A stretch of DNA of 32,000 nt from NCBI GenBank assembly GCA_027460535.1, contig JAPZAR010000010.1, positions 120,001 through 152,000 of the forward strand, read 5' to 3'. The notes under the pieces are model-generated. The model was not told the DNA's origin. It searched no databases and saw only the letters and a list, made by a program, of their open reading frames with translations. Shown here in pieces: positions 17,963-27,521 of this stretch; position 1 is the first letter of the stretch; every line of letters begins with the position of its first letter. This DNA is from Candidatus Methanoperedens sp. GTDB lineage: Archaea; Halobacteriota; Methanosarcinia; Methanosarcinales; Methanoperedenaceae. The translations under genes and the position numbers were made by a program.

Positions 17963-19058
17963 TCTCTTCCAGCTCTTTCTTTCTCTTCTTGCTCGATGAC
18001 TCCACAGTCCCATCTGCTTCAACCACAGATACCATGACATTGAACCGTTCCCCTGCTGCGACATCGGCAGAGGACAGTATCGCAGTCGGCTCATTCGACG
18101 GCGGGATCCATGGATTCGCAAGGACCTCCCACTCCTGGAGGGTGGGTGTATATGAATGAATAACCTCAATTTTTCCTTCTTTTGTATGCTTATAGGCTCG
18201 GTAAAGTGACCTGTTCTGCCTGAAGCCCACATAAATCTCAAGTAGCGTGACACCAATCAGCGAATTTATGTGCTTTCCTACGACTAGGTCGCTGATTATC
18301 TTTTCCCCATTGTCGGTGTGGAGTACGAGGAACCCGCTCTCCTTGTTCTCGTTATTCGAGATCTCTATCATTCTTGCCAGGCATTCTGGAAGGGTCAAGT
18401 CTTTTGTCGGGATTATCCTGTCAAAATCCTTTATCGTCCTTGATATCTGGTCTTCATCATAATCAGCCACACCTTCACGGTTTATGATATCAGTAACTTT
18501 CGCTCCCTGGATACCCCACAGGTTCGATTCTATCCCATATTTCTTTTCTTTCTCCAAAAGTGACGACAAACGCTCTTTTGCGTCAAGGTGCCTCGCAAGT
18601 CTCCTTTTCACGAGCTCTTCGTCGCTGGCTACAAGCTCGATGGCTTTCGGGACAACGCCCAGTTCTTTTGTCAAAATCGTTATCTGCCTGATAAGTTCAG
18701 GCTCACCGAGTTCCATAACATCAAAAATGTTCTCAATAAGTAATCTCAACTGGTCGTAGACTGAGACCTCGACAAATATTGGCTCGTCGCCTTCGAATAT
18801 TGGAAGCTTCCTTTTTTCGTAGAGTTCGTTTTTCATCTTCCCCACAAAATCCTTCCTGATAAGCACGACTGGCTGGGCTGAACGCGCCCTCCCTTCAAAA
18901 TAAGCACCCACGTTCTCTGAAAGAAGCTTGATAGCAAGGGTGGTTTTTCCACCTCCCTGCGGCCCGGTCAATATTAGAATGGGATGTTTTTCCAATTCTT
19001 TTGAGAGGATCCTGACAGATTCTTCCTTTGTGTGGACCGAAGTATCCAGAATTTCCAT
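17919..19058 (-). CDS. Uncharacterised P-loop NTPase-like protein
   Basis: Walker A LILTGPQGGGKTTLAIKLL near the N-terminus, no clear Walker B, and an acidic tail EENEDEQ. The track start 19061 is TTG; the adjacent ATG 19058 has AGGA 8 nt upstream. Confidence 0.75.
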   Translation of the reverse strand: MEILDTSVHTKEESVRILSKELEKHPILILTGPQGGGKTTLAIKLLSENVGAYFEGRARSAQPVVLIRKDFVGKMKNELYEKRKLPIFEGDEPIFVEVSVYDQLRLLIENIFDVMELGEPELIRQITILTKELGVVPKAIELVASDEELVKRRLARHLDAKERLSSLLEKEKKYGIESNLWGIQGAKVTDIINREGVADYDEDQISRTIKDFDRIIPTKDLTLPECLARMIEISNNENKESGFLVLHTDNGEKIISDLVVGKHINSLIGVTLLEIYVGFRQNRSLYRAYKHTKEGKIEVIHSYTPTLQEWEVLANPWIPPSNEPTAILSSADVAAGERFNVMVSVVEADGTVESSSKKRKKELEEIISDLVVEENEDEQ

Positions 19059-19070
19059 CAATAATTTCCT

Positions 19071-19116
19071 AAAAAAGTTAGAACGGAATCCACGTATGCC
19101 CCGCAGGGCATACGTG
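19071..19116 (-). terminator. Perfect 11-bp hairpin plus T6, downstream of the thermosome gene
   Basis: CACGTATGCCC (19091-19101), loop CGCA, GGGCATACGTG (19106-19116). On the minus strand it is followed after 14 nt by TTTTTT (19076-19071). Confidence 0.5.
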
Positions 19117-19147
19117 TGTGCGCCCTCCAGAGGCGTGACTCTGGGCT

Positions 19148-20806
19148 TTAATCCATTCCTTCCATTCCGCCCATGCCTCCCATTCCACCTGGCATTCCTC
19201 CCGGTGGCATTCCTCCGCCCGGTGCTGACTTGCTTGACAGCACATCGTCTATGCGCAGGATCATGGTTGCTGCTTCTGTGGCCGAATCGATGGCCTGCGT
19301 CTTTACACGCAGCGGTTCAACGACCCCTTCCTTCATCATATCCACAACTTTGCCTGTGAACACATTAAGACCCGCTGTCTTATTGCCCTTCTCATGCTCG
19401 CTTCGCATCTCGGCGATCATATTGATCGGGTCAAGGCCGGCATTTTCTGCCAGGGACCGCGGGATAACTTCAAGCGCTTCGGCGAATTTTGTGACAGCAA
19501 GCTGTTCCCGTCCTGATAGCGTGGCTGCATATTCACGCAGTCTCAATGCGAGCTCAATCTCCGGAGAGCCTCCACCAGCTACTAGCTTCTCATCCTCGAT
19601 CGCTACACCTACAACGCGCAGCGCATCATGTAGTGCGCGCTCGGCTTCATCCACCACATGCTCAGTCCCGCCGTGCAGGATAATCGAAACCGATCTGGGA
19701 TTGTGGCATTCCGTGACAAAGGTCATTGCCTCATCGCCGATCTTCTTCTCTTCGACAACTCCTGCCTTTCCAAGGTCCGCCGGGTCTATTTCCTTGAGAC
19801 TTGTGAGAATCTTTGCGCCTGTTGCGCGGGCGAGTTTCTCCATATCGCTCTTCTTGACACGCCGTGCCGCATATATGCCTGCTTTTGCAAGATAATGCTG
19901 GGCTATGTCATCAATTCCTTTCTGGACAAAGACAACATTGGCCCCGCAATCAATGACTTTGGTGACCATGTCATGTATCATCTGCTCTTCCTGGTCAAGG
20001 AATAACTGGAGCTGGTCGGGTGACTTTATCTGGATCTCTGCATCAACTTCGGTCTTCTTGATCTCCAGCGCTTCATTGAGGAGGAGTATCTTTGCTTTGG
20101 TGATTTTCTTTGGCATGTTGGTGTGCACGCGCTCCTTGTCTATCACCATGCCTTTGATCAGTTCCGATGCCTCGATGCTGCCGCCAACTTTCTTCTCGAC
20201 TTTGATATCATCAACATCTACCGTGCGCTTACCGTTCTCGGTATTGACCACGGATAAAACTGCGCTAACGGTCAGGTTTGCGAACACGTCCTTGTGAGCT
20301 TCCGCCCCTTTCCCGGTTATTGCGGTGGCTGCTATCTTATATAACAGATCCTTCCTTTCAGCGCTCACCTTTACGGCAAGGGTCTGCAGGATCTCCTTTG
20401 CTTTTATTGATGCAAGCCTGTACCCGTTCGCAATCACCGTGGGATGAACGTTCTGCTCCAGCAGTTCTTCTGCGTTCTTCAGGAATTCGCCTGCAAGAAC
20501 CGCCGCCGTGGTCGTGCCGTCCCCGACCTCATCGTCCTGGGTCTTTGCGACCTCCACGATCATTTTGGCTGCCGGGTGTTCGATGTCCATCTCCTTGAGG
20601 ATGGTCGCACCGTCGTTCGTGATCACAATGTCCCCGAGAGAATCCACGAGCATCTTATCCATGCCCTTTGGTCCAAGGGTGGTCCTTACCGCTGCCGCTA
20701 CTGCTTTAGCGGCCATGATATTGTTGTTCTGAGCTTCTCTTCCTTTCGTTCTCTGACTGCCTTCTCTTAAAATAAAGATTGGCTGTCCTCCTAATTGTCC
20801 TGCCAT
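19148..20806 (-). CDS. ths: Thermosome subunit (group II chaperonin)
   Basis: [30 protein letters not shown]..., [23 protein letters not shown] and the C-terminal tail [25 protein letters not shown] 20806 has GGAGGT 5 nt upstream. The 16-codon extension in the track (to 20854) is rejected. Confidence 0.95.
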   Translation of the reverse strand: MAGQLGGQPIFILREGSQRTKGREAQNNNIMAAKAVAAAVRTTLGPKGMDKMLVDSLGDIVITNDGATILKEMDIEHPAAKMIVEVAKTQDDEVGDGTTTAAVLAGEFLKNAEELLEQNVHPTVIANGYRLASIKAKEILQTLAVKVSAERKDLLYKIAATAITGKGAEAHKDVFANLTVSAVLSVVNTENGKRTVDVDDIKVEKKVGGSIEASELIKGMVIDKERVHTNMPKKITKAKILLLNEALEIKKTEVDAEIQIKSPDQLQLFLDQEEQMIHDMVTKVIDCGANVVFVQKGIDDIAQHYLAKAGIYAARRVKKSDMEKLARATGAKILTSLKEIDPADLGKAGVVEEKKIGDEAMTFVTECHNPRSVSIILHGGTEHVVDEAERALHDALRVVGVAIEDEKLVAGGGSPEIELALRLREYAATLSGREQLAVTKFAEALEVIPRSLAENAGLDPINMIAEMRSEHEKGNKTAGLNVFTGKVVDMMKEGVVEPLRVKTQAIDSATEAATMILRIDDVLSSKSAPGGGMPPGGMPGGMGGMGGMEGMD

Positions 20807-21005
20807 AGGTAACCTCCGATATGATTTATTTTTATTCTTTAATAGAATGTACAAATTTCGCTTGTACTGGGCGTTCTGATTGTTTGTGGTTCTATATAAG
20901 ATTTGCTGTAAGCAGAATATATAAAATTTTTTACATATAATACAAAAGTTAAATGGAAAGAGCGAATATTAAGGACCTGCAAAAAAGTTTGATGTTTGGC
21001 AAATC

Positions 21006-21062
21006 CTTTGCGTACTTTGCGCCCTCTGCGGTGAAAAATCCTGCACCGCAAAGCACGCAAAG
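21006..21062. repeat. Two-tier inverted repeat in the thermosome / tRNA-Cys intergenic region
   Basis: CTTTGCG occurs at 21006-12 and 21015-21, and CGCAAAG at 21056-62. An inner stem TGCGGTG (21027-33) / CACCGCA (21044-50) has a 10-nt loop. A symmetric 5x5 internal loop separates the tiers. Confidence 0.6.
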
Positions 21063-21130
21063 AGCCCAAAGTTACTTTATGCGAGATTTAACACTAAAAG
21101 ATTTTACACACACAATTTTACAAAAACCTT

Positions 21131-21142
21131 ATTATCTATAAT
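21131..21142 (+). promoter_or_regulatory. TATA-like box (attatctataat) about 25 nt upstream of tRNA-Cys
   Basis: Position and composition fit an archaeal tRNA promoter. Confidence 0.4.
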
Positions 21143-21161
21143 GTGTATGTAGCCGTTCAAC

Positions 21162-21233
21162 GCCAAGGTGGCGGAGAGGCTACGCAATCGCCTGCAGAGC
21201 GATTCCATTCCGGTTCGAGTCCGGACCTTGGCT
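21162..21233 (+). tRNA. tRNA-Cys (anticodon GCA), 72 nt, no intron, CCA not encoded
   Basis: Hand-folded cloverleaf. Acceptor GCCAAGG/CCTTGGC; D arm GCGG-AGAGGCT-ACGC; anticodon arm ATCGC-CTGCAGA-GCGAT; variable TCCAT; T arm TCCGG-TTCGAGT-CCGGA; discriminator T. A T5 run at 21245-21249 follows. Confidence 0.9.
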
Positions 21234-21258
21234 TACAGACAAATAGTTTTTCTGCCAT

Positions 21259-22077
21259 TTACAATTTCAATTCCTGTGCTTTCTCCCACATATCTTCGAA
21301 GTGCTCTTTCATTTCCGCAGCCAGTTTCTTGTCCCTCACATGCACGATGGCAAATAGTTCTTCTTTCTTTACAGGGCTGCTGATTTTCAGGTTTATCCTA
21401 TCGTCATCGATCACATCGAATAGGGTTGAGGTGAACGTTGTTGTTCTGCAGTGTAGGTTTTTGCCAAGATATTTGAATATCTTCTGTCCTGTTTCATCCC
21501 TGGACTCTTCTGCATAATTGACACTCCTATCTATCAGCATCCTGAACTTCACTCCTCTTTCCAGAGCTCTCAGCAGTGCTTTTTTAGTATCGCTTTTTTC
21601 CGGATTCATAGATGGAAGATACTTTGAGAACTCAGGGTAACCTACAGTCAGGCACATTTCTTCATTCACCTGGTTGATCTGCTCTATAATAATATCAATT
21701 GTTTCTTCGGAACCCAGGGCAGCCGTCCAAAACTGTTTGTTCTGCGGCGATTGCTTTATTCCCAGAAGTTCCTTTTCAAGTTCTTCCACCATCTCTCCAA
21801 TCTCCTGTGATGTCTGCTCAAGTTTAAAACGCTGGGCATCAAGAAGGTATTTTAATGAAGTTCCCGGCTCAACAGCTGCAAACTTGCGCGGTCTTGTTTC
21901 CTGGGAACGTACGATCCTTTTATCCTGAAGAGAGCTGAGAATTCCATATATCCGTCCCAGAGGAACACCAGAAGTTGAGGATATAAGATTGGCATCGGCA
22001 GAGCCCAGACGAAGAAGGGTTAGATAAACATCTGATTCGTATTTTGTGAGCCCGAAGCTTCTGAATTTTTCCAGCAT
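21259..22077 (-). CDS. TrmB-family transcriptional regulator (winged HTH plus C-terminal effector-type domain)
   Basis: MLEKFRSFGLTKYESDVYLTLLRLGSADANLISSTSGVPLGRIYGILSSLQDKRIV is a typical TrmB N-terminus. 272 aa. Confidence 0.85.
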   Translation of the reverse strand: MLEKFRSFGLTKYESDVYLTLLRLGSADANLISSTSGVPLGRIYGILSSLQDKRIVRSQETRPRKFAAVEPGTSLKYLLDAQRFKLEQTSQEIGEMVEELEKELLGIKQSPQNKQFWTAALGSEETIDIIIEQINQVNEEMCLTVGYPEFSKYLPSMNPEKSDTKKALLRALERGVKFRMLIDRSVNYAEESRDETGQKIFKYLGKNLHCRTTTFTSTLFDVIDDDRINLKISSPVKKEELFAIVHVRDKKLAAEMKEHFEDMWEKAQELKL

Positions 22078-22200
22078 CCAGATGGTCTTAGTCCGGCACT
22101 GTATATAAAATTATCTGAAATAAACCTATTATCCAGTTGTTTTCAGAGTGAAATCTTTATAAGAAGACAGGAGTAATTAGGTTAACTTTATAGAGATAAA

Positions 22201-23376
22201 ATGGACCCCCTGCAAAAAGGACTGGTAAGACTTGCTGAAATTCAGAGAAAACACGCAAAATTACTAGCTGTATTCGTAATTATTTTTACAATTGTATTGG
22301 GGATTGGACTTAAGGATCTTACAATCAACTCCGATTTCAGGACAGAGATGCCAAGACAACTTCCCATATTTGCGCTCAATGACCGCATTTCGGATAAATT
22401 CGGGGGGCAGGATACAGTAATCGTAGCTGTGCAGATCGACGATTCGGTTGATCTGAAAAGTGCGGTCCGTGACATCAGAGACCCCAGGGTGATACAATCC
22501 CTTATTTTCTTAGACGGGGAGCTAAGAAATGAGCCAACAGTAACCAGCGTTGCTTCGCCTGCAAGTTTTTTCAGGGGAAAAGGGACAGTTACACCGGAAG
22601 AGATTACGCAGACCCTTAGCAACCCGCAAACCAATGCTTTTTTCAGCCGGAATTACAGGATGACCCTCATGTCTGTCACTGCAGATATCGGCTCGGGTGA
22701 GGGACAGATACAGAATTTTGATGAGCTTATCCAGAAGCGCATCGATTATACGCCAAAGCCGCCAGGTGTGAAGTTTGGCATAACAGGCGGCCCGATTCTC
22801 AGAATGACCATTTTCGATCTCCTGAGAAGCGATGCTGTTTTTACGCTGATTGTTGCCGCAGTTATTATACTAATATTGCTTTTCGTAATGGAGCGATCAT
22901 ATACGCAGGGTATTCTGATATTTGCTCCATTGTCGCTTGGATTGATCTGGACTATGGGCACACTGGGCTGGCTCGGGATACCGCTTTCGGTGGCGACCGT
23001 TGGCTTAAGTTCGATGCTACTGGGTCTTGGTGTTGAATACGGCGTGTTCATGTTGAGCAGGTATAATGAAGAAAGGGCCAAAAGGAATAGCCAGCTCGAT
23101 TCCCTGAGAACCACTGTAAGGGGTATAGGCTCGGCCATAATCGGTTCAGGGCTTACTGTTATAGTGGGTTTCGGGGTGCTTGCACTCGCTACCGTGCCCA
23201 TGATGCAGCACCTTGGCGAGACCCTTGCGCTTGGTATAGCGTTCTGTCTTCTTGCCGCTCTTTTTGTCAGTCCAGTCTTCATACTGCTGGAAGAAGACTA
23301 TGAATACTGGAGCACGCACAGGAAACTTGAGAAACTGGCTGCCAAAAAAGAAGAACACGTCCTGAGGGGCAGGTAA
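22201..23376 (+). CDS. RND/MMPL-type exporter (COG1033), first half-transporter
   Basis: N-terminal TM, an extracytoplasmic loop with DIRDPRVIQSL, then a cluster of about 5 TM helices (LIVAAVIILILLFV..., GVEYGVFMLSRY...). Confidence 0.85.
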   Translation: MDPLQKGLVRLAEIQRKHAKLLAVFVIIFTIVLGIGLKDLTINSDFRTEMPRQLPIFALNDRISDKFGGQDTVIVAVQIDDSVDLKSAVRDIRDPRVIQSLIFLDGELRNEPTVTSVASPASFFRGKGTVTPEEITQTLSNPQTNAFFSRNYRMTLMSVTADIGSGEGQIQNFDELIQKRIDYTPKPPGVKFGITGGPILRMTIFDLLRSDAVFTLIVAAVIILILLFVMERSYTQGILIFAPLSLGLIWTMGTLGWLGIPLSVATVGLSSMLLGLGVEYGVFMLSRYNEERAKRNSQLDSLRTTVRGIGSAIIGSGLTVIVGFGVLALATVPMMQHLGETLALGIAFCLLAALFVSPVFILLEEDYEYWSTHRKLEKLAAKKEEHVLRGR

Positions 23377-23377
23377 C

Positions 23378-24568
23378 ATGACAAATAAAATAATCGAATC
23401 ATATTCGGGATTAATCACAAGATTCCCCGTCTTGGTTCTGATAATCATGCTTGTGGTATCGGTATTTGCTATCCATATGGCAGGCACAATCCAGACAAAG
23501 AAATCCGATACCAAGTCAATGATTCCGCAGAACGTGGAAGCCATAAGCACCCTGAACAGCATCGAGAACGAATTCGGAAGCACGAATATAGTCTCCTTTG
23601 CAATTGAAATTGACCCTTCATATAAAGGGTCGAATGAGGTGCGGGATGTTAGAGACCCGAGGGTGATACTGTATATGGATCAGCTCTCAATGCTGGCTCT
23701 CCATACTGATAACGTGATAGATGTCACAAGCTCTGCCTCGGTTCTGAGAGGCGTCAATGGCGGGCGGCTGCCTCAATCAACCAGGGATATACAGGAGCTT
23801 ACAAATAAGAACGGGCTTCTTGATAGGTATATCAGCAAGGATTATACCATGGCTCTAGTCACCATTCGCACCACTGATGATGTGGACCTTTCCAAACTCG
23901 AGCCCGAATTTGAGAAAATACTTATTGAAGTTCCCAAACCGCCCGGAATTACGGCAAGCCTCGGAGGGAGCGTGATGGAAAGCCAGAAAATGCAGCAGGC
24001 TATCGCGCCCGATATGGCAAAAACCTCGACCTATTCGCTTGTAGGTATCCTGATAATCGTGCTGGTTCTCTTCCGTTCGATAAAATACGGCTTCACTCCT
24101 ATGACCACCATAATATTCGGAACCCTGTGGACTATGGGCTATGTCGGGCTTATAGGAATGGGACTGAGTTCCACGACATCGGGTGTCACATCCATGATAA
24201 TGGGCATCGGTATAGATTTCGGGATACAGCTTGTTACAAGGTACAGGCTTGAACTGCAAAACCTGCCCACGTTGAAGGAGCATCACCCGCATCTCAAGCT
24301 TGGACACAGGGAAGCAATGGAAGTGACACTTAACAATGTGATAACCCCCATGTTGACCACGACGCTTGCAGCCCTGATAGGTTTCCAGGCTATGTCCCTG
24401 GGGAGATTGACTTTCCTGGGTGACATGGGAAAAATGATGAGCTATGGGGTTGCTGCAAGCATGATCGCAGCTATAACCATAGTGCCTGCAATTATTCTAA
24501 TAATCGATACAATGAATATAAAAAATACATATGAAAAATTAATGAACAAATTTGAGGTAAGAATATGA
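23378..24568 (+). CDS. RND/MMPL-type exporter (COG1033), second half-transporter
   Basis: Same architecture and a paralogous loop motif (DVRDPRVILYM). It starts 1 nt after the stop of the first half, with GAGGGGCAGG upstream. Confidence 0.85.
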   Translation: MTNKIIESYSGLITRFPVLVLIIMLVVSVFAIHMAGTIQTKKSDTKSMIPQNVEAISTLNSIENEFGSTNIVSFAIEIDPSYKGSNEVRDVRDPRVILYMDQLSMLALHTDNVIDVTSSASVLRGVNGGRLPQSTRDIQELTNKNGLLDRYISKDYTMALVTIRTTDDVDLSKLEPEFEKILIEVPKPPGITASLGGSVMESQKMQQAIAPDMAKTSTYSLVGILIIVLVLFRSIKYGFTPMTTIIFGTLWTMGYVGLIGMGLSSTTSGVTSMIMGIGIDFGIQLVTRYRLELQNLPTLKEHHPHLKLGHREAMEVTLNNVITPMLTTTLAALIGFQAMSLGRLTFLGDMGKMMSYGVAASMIAAITIVPAIILIIDTMNIKNTYEKLMNKFEVRI

Positions 24569-25818
24569 AAACCAAAATATTGGAGCAAAGTATAGGACTC
24601 ACTATATTGATAATCTTCCTGTCGATAATAATCGGCCCTGTTTTAGGGGCACCCATCATGGGAGCGCAGGGAAGCAAAATTCAGGCAAATTTCATGAGCC
24701 AGGATCCCGACCCTGCAGATGCCGGGAAGGATCTGGATTTAAGATGGCAGGTTGTCAATACCCTTACAAGTCCAGCGGAGAGTCTGAAATTCCATCTTGA
24801 TGCCAATTATCCTTTTTTATTTGAAGCAGGGGATAGTCCTGATCAGGACCTTGGAGCATCGGCAGGGACGAACGACAACCAAATTTTCTATGTTCTCCAC
24901 TACAAACTCAGGGTGGCTGATAATGCCATCAAGGGAACTTATAATGTAACGCTGAGCTGGGACACAGGACAAGGCTGGACTAAGAAGGATTTCCCGATAT
25001 ACATCGACCCTAAAAGGGCGGATTTCGTAGTCGGAGCGCTTGTCACATCCCCTGAGAAGCTCATAGCAGATACGATGCAGGCAAAGCTGTCGGTGGATAT
25101 TAACAACATCGGGAAAGGCAATGCCGAGAATGTAAAAGCAAAACTTTTCCTGCCTCCGGGTTTCAATTCCAGTTACAGTTATTCGGACGAGGATAGCCTT
25201 GGCATAATTACAGAAGGTGGGAGTAAAACGGCAACCTTCTACGCTGACGTTGATGAAAATATCAAGGAAGGGGACTATAATGCCAGACTTGAAGTCACAT
25301 ATAAGGATGAAAATGATGAGAACAATTCATACAGGACAAAGACCCTTGACCTTGACATACCCATCAAGCCAGCCCCGTATCTAATCGTGGAATCTGTGAA
25401 AACAGTTCCGGAAAACCTGACATCCGGAAATAAAGCCGAGGTTCATATCAGGGTCAAAAATACCGGGAATAAAAAAGCGGAATCAGTGTCTTTGCGTATA
25501 TTCCAGGATGCCTCCCAGCCCTTCGTATTCGAAGGAAAATCGGATTTCGTGGGAAAACTTGAGCCGGGTGAAAGCGGCGAAGCCGTGCTAAGATTCACCG
25601 TCGATGGAACTGCGGTGGCAAAGACGTATCTCGTTGATACGGAATTAAGAGGGATTGATGAAACAAACGAAGTGGTGATATTCAGCCGCACACTGCCGCT
25701 GACAGTTGTTCCTGGACCGAAAAGTTCACCGTTAAGCTCTGCTGGCATGCTGGTCGGTTTTGTGGTTATTGGTGCTGTAGTGGCGACTTATTATGTGAAA
25801 AGTAAAAAGAGTCTATAA
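24565..25818 (+). CDS. COG1361-type surface (S-layer-domain/CARDB-like) protein with C-terminal TM anchor
   Basis: N-terminal signal/anchor, repeated beta-sandwich-like segments ([48 protein letters not shown]) and the C-terminal helix [18 protein letters not shown] followed by KSKK. ATGA overlap with the exporter gene. Confidence 0.7.
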   Translation: MKTKILEQSIGLTILIIFLSIIIGPVLGAPIMGAQGSKIQANFMSQDPDPADAGKDLDLRWQVVNTLTSPAESLKFHLDANYPFLFEAGDSPDQDLGASAGTNDNQIFYVLHYKLRVADNAIKGTYNVTLSWDTGQGWTKKDFPIYIDPKRADFVVGALVTSPEKLIADTMQAKLSVDINNIGKGNAENVKAKLFLPPGFNSSYSYSDEDSLGIITEGGSKTATFYADVDENIKEGDYNARLEVTYKDENDENNSYRTKTLDLDIPIKPAPYLIVESVKTVPENLTSGNKAEVHIRVKNTGNKKAESVSLRIFQDASQPFVFEGKSDFVGKLEPGESGEAVLRFTVDGTAVAKTYLVDTELRGIDETNEVVIFSRTLPLTVVPGPKSSPLSSAGMLVGFVVIGAVVATYYVKSKKSL

Positions 25819-27411
25819 TCCCAGCTCAAATCCAATTATTGGATGTTCAAGCCCGAAGTTCGAGATCACTCCGGGGTGGATCTCCCCGAACACCCCGGCG
25901 TTCTTACCTTTTATAATTATATCTGCGCGTCTTCCCTCTATGAATGCCGGATCATTGGACTCCGCAACCTCATAATCGATGCGCCTTTCCCTCATCACAG
26001 CATCAACTGCCGCCTGGATCTCGGAAAAATTCGCCTGCGGGTGGATGGCAACGCCGCCGAGATGCTGCTCAGTCTTACAATGCACAACCACCTCGCCCAC
26101 CTCAAATATACGCTGCGGAAGTTCACGGTGTCTGTTTATTGAAAGTATCTCAAGAAGGTTGGGCAGGATAGTAGGGCGAACGATGGTATGATCCTCGCTT
26201 ATAGGATAGAGAATGTGCGTGATCCCCTCTGCCTTTCCCCTCCGCATCTTTTCGAACTGCATGTGCTCATTTGTAAGAGTGAAAGGCATGACCTCAAAAT
26301 AACCAAGCCCCACCATTATCTCACGTATCAGATCCTTGAGCCTTGAAACCGGATGGGCTTTGCCTGTTGTCGAAGTCAACGGGAGTTCCGGTTTGATCTT
26401 ATCAAAACCATAAGCTATCGCAATATCTTCAATCAGGTCCCAGTTATGCAGGATATCAGAGCGGTAAGCAGGAACGCGTACTTCGATCGACTTGCCCGAC
26501 GCTTCTGCCCCGTATCTCATCTTTTCAAGACATTGGATAATTTCTTCCTTTGTGAGTTTGAATCCAAGAAGTTCTTCGACTTCCGTACTATTTATTTTCA
26601 TGAGCTTTGTCTCAAGCCGGGGGGTCCGTACATTACCATCAATAAGCACGGATTCAATTCTCCCTCCGCGCTCCGCCAGCGATGCAACCACTATATTCAG
26701 TGCAATACTTACCGAAGGGTCAAGACCAGTGACTTCTATGAACAGGTCCGAAGTCCCTTCTGTCACCTTTGTGAGTTCCCCATTGATTATAGGTGGGAAA
26801 GATAAAACGTTGTCCTCTGCATCGAGGATAAGGGGATATTTGTCAAATTTTTCAAGGATGTTCGCGAATTTGATTCCTTTCGGGTGCTTTTCCAGGATCT
26901 CCCTCATTGTCATTGGGTCGCTAAAGTCAAGTGGTACGAAACTATAATGAGGGTCCTGCGCAATATACCTGAAAGGGGTTTTGATCTTTGCCAGGTCATG
27001 CACGCCTATGGAGACTTTTTTCCGGTTCCTGCCAACTGCCCAGTGGAGCGATTCCTGAAGCGCCATCAGGGATTCAATGCTCCTGGAGTTGAAGCGCATG
27101 CCCCGTACCACGGCGCAGGCGAGGTATGGGCGGATTTTTTCAATCTCTTTGTCTTTTGTTATCTTGATGTCAGACGGCATAACCTTGAATTCCCTGATCC
27201 CTGTCTCCATGCCAAGGAAACCTTTTAGTGCTCGCGCCACTCCTTCTGTACTGTAAAGGTCAGGTCTGTTCGGGAAGAACTCGATATCAACGTGGTCTTC
27301 CTCTATGCGCTCGATATCGCATCCCATCATGGGAATGCGTTCGATCAGGGTATCTTTATCCACTCCAGAAAGTTCTTCAAGGTCATCATAATACAGCGTA
27401 ATAACAGGCAT
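25813..27411 (-). CDS. pheT: Phenylalanyl-tRNA synthetase beta subunit, archaeal type
   Basis: 532 aa. [16 protein letters not shown]...[45 protein letters not shown] is colinear with archaeal PheT. Confidence 0.95.
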   Translation of the reverse strand: MPVITLYYDDLEELSGVDKDTLIERIPMMGCDIERIEEDHVDIEFFPNRPDLYSTEGVARALKGFLGMETGIREFKVMPSDIKITKDKEIEKIRPYLACAVVRGMRFNSRSIESLMALQESLHWAVGRNRKKVSIGVHDLAKIKTPFRYIAQDPHYSFVPLDFSDPMTMREILEKHPKGIKFANILEKFDKYPLILDAEDNVLSFPPIINGELTKVTEGTSDLFIEVTGLDPSVSIALNIVVASLAERGGRIESVLIDGNVRTPRLETKLMKINSTEVEELLGFKLTKEEIIQCLEKMRYGAEASGKSIEVRVPAYRSDILHNWDLIEDIAIAYGFDKIKPELPLTSTTGKAHPVSRLKDLIREIMVGLGYFEVMPFTLTNEHMQFEKMRRGKAEGITHILYPISEDHTIVRPTILPNLLEILSINRHRELPQRIFEVGEVVVHCKTEQHLGGVAIHPQANFSEIQAAVDAVMRERRIDYEVAESNDPAFIEGRRADIIIKGKNAGVFGEIHPGVISNFGLEHPIIGFELGL

Positions 27412-27521
27412 TGTAATCGCCTGAAAAAGGTGTGGAAGATATATTAATCATTCTGTTCGTCGAAATCCAACTGATGGCAGAGCTTTAGTTTAAAAACCAG
27501 ATTGTATAAGCGTTCAACTAC

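Noticed and set aside
20807-20854. 16-codon N-terminal extension of the thermosome ORF ([16 protein letters not shown])
   Set aside because: ATG 20806 is preceded by GGAGGT and gives the canonical thermosome N-terminus. The extension is AT-rich and Lys/Asn-rich, like non-coding sequence.
20953-21141. 62-aa plus-strand ORF in the thermosome/tRNA spacer
   Set aside because: It has no RBS and no recognisable motif, and it spans the inverted repeat and the tRNA promoter. It is more likely non-coding regulatory sequence.
22201-24568. Possibility that the two exporter genes are a pseudogenised single RND gene
   Set aside because: Each half has its own ATG, an SD-like motif and a complete N-terminal TM + loop + TM-bundle layout. 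Only 1 nt separates them, with no frameshift. I treated them as a genuine split pair, though comparison with fused orthologs is still needed.
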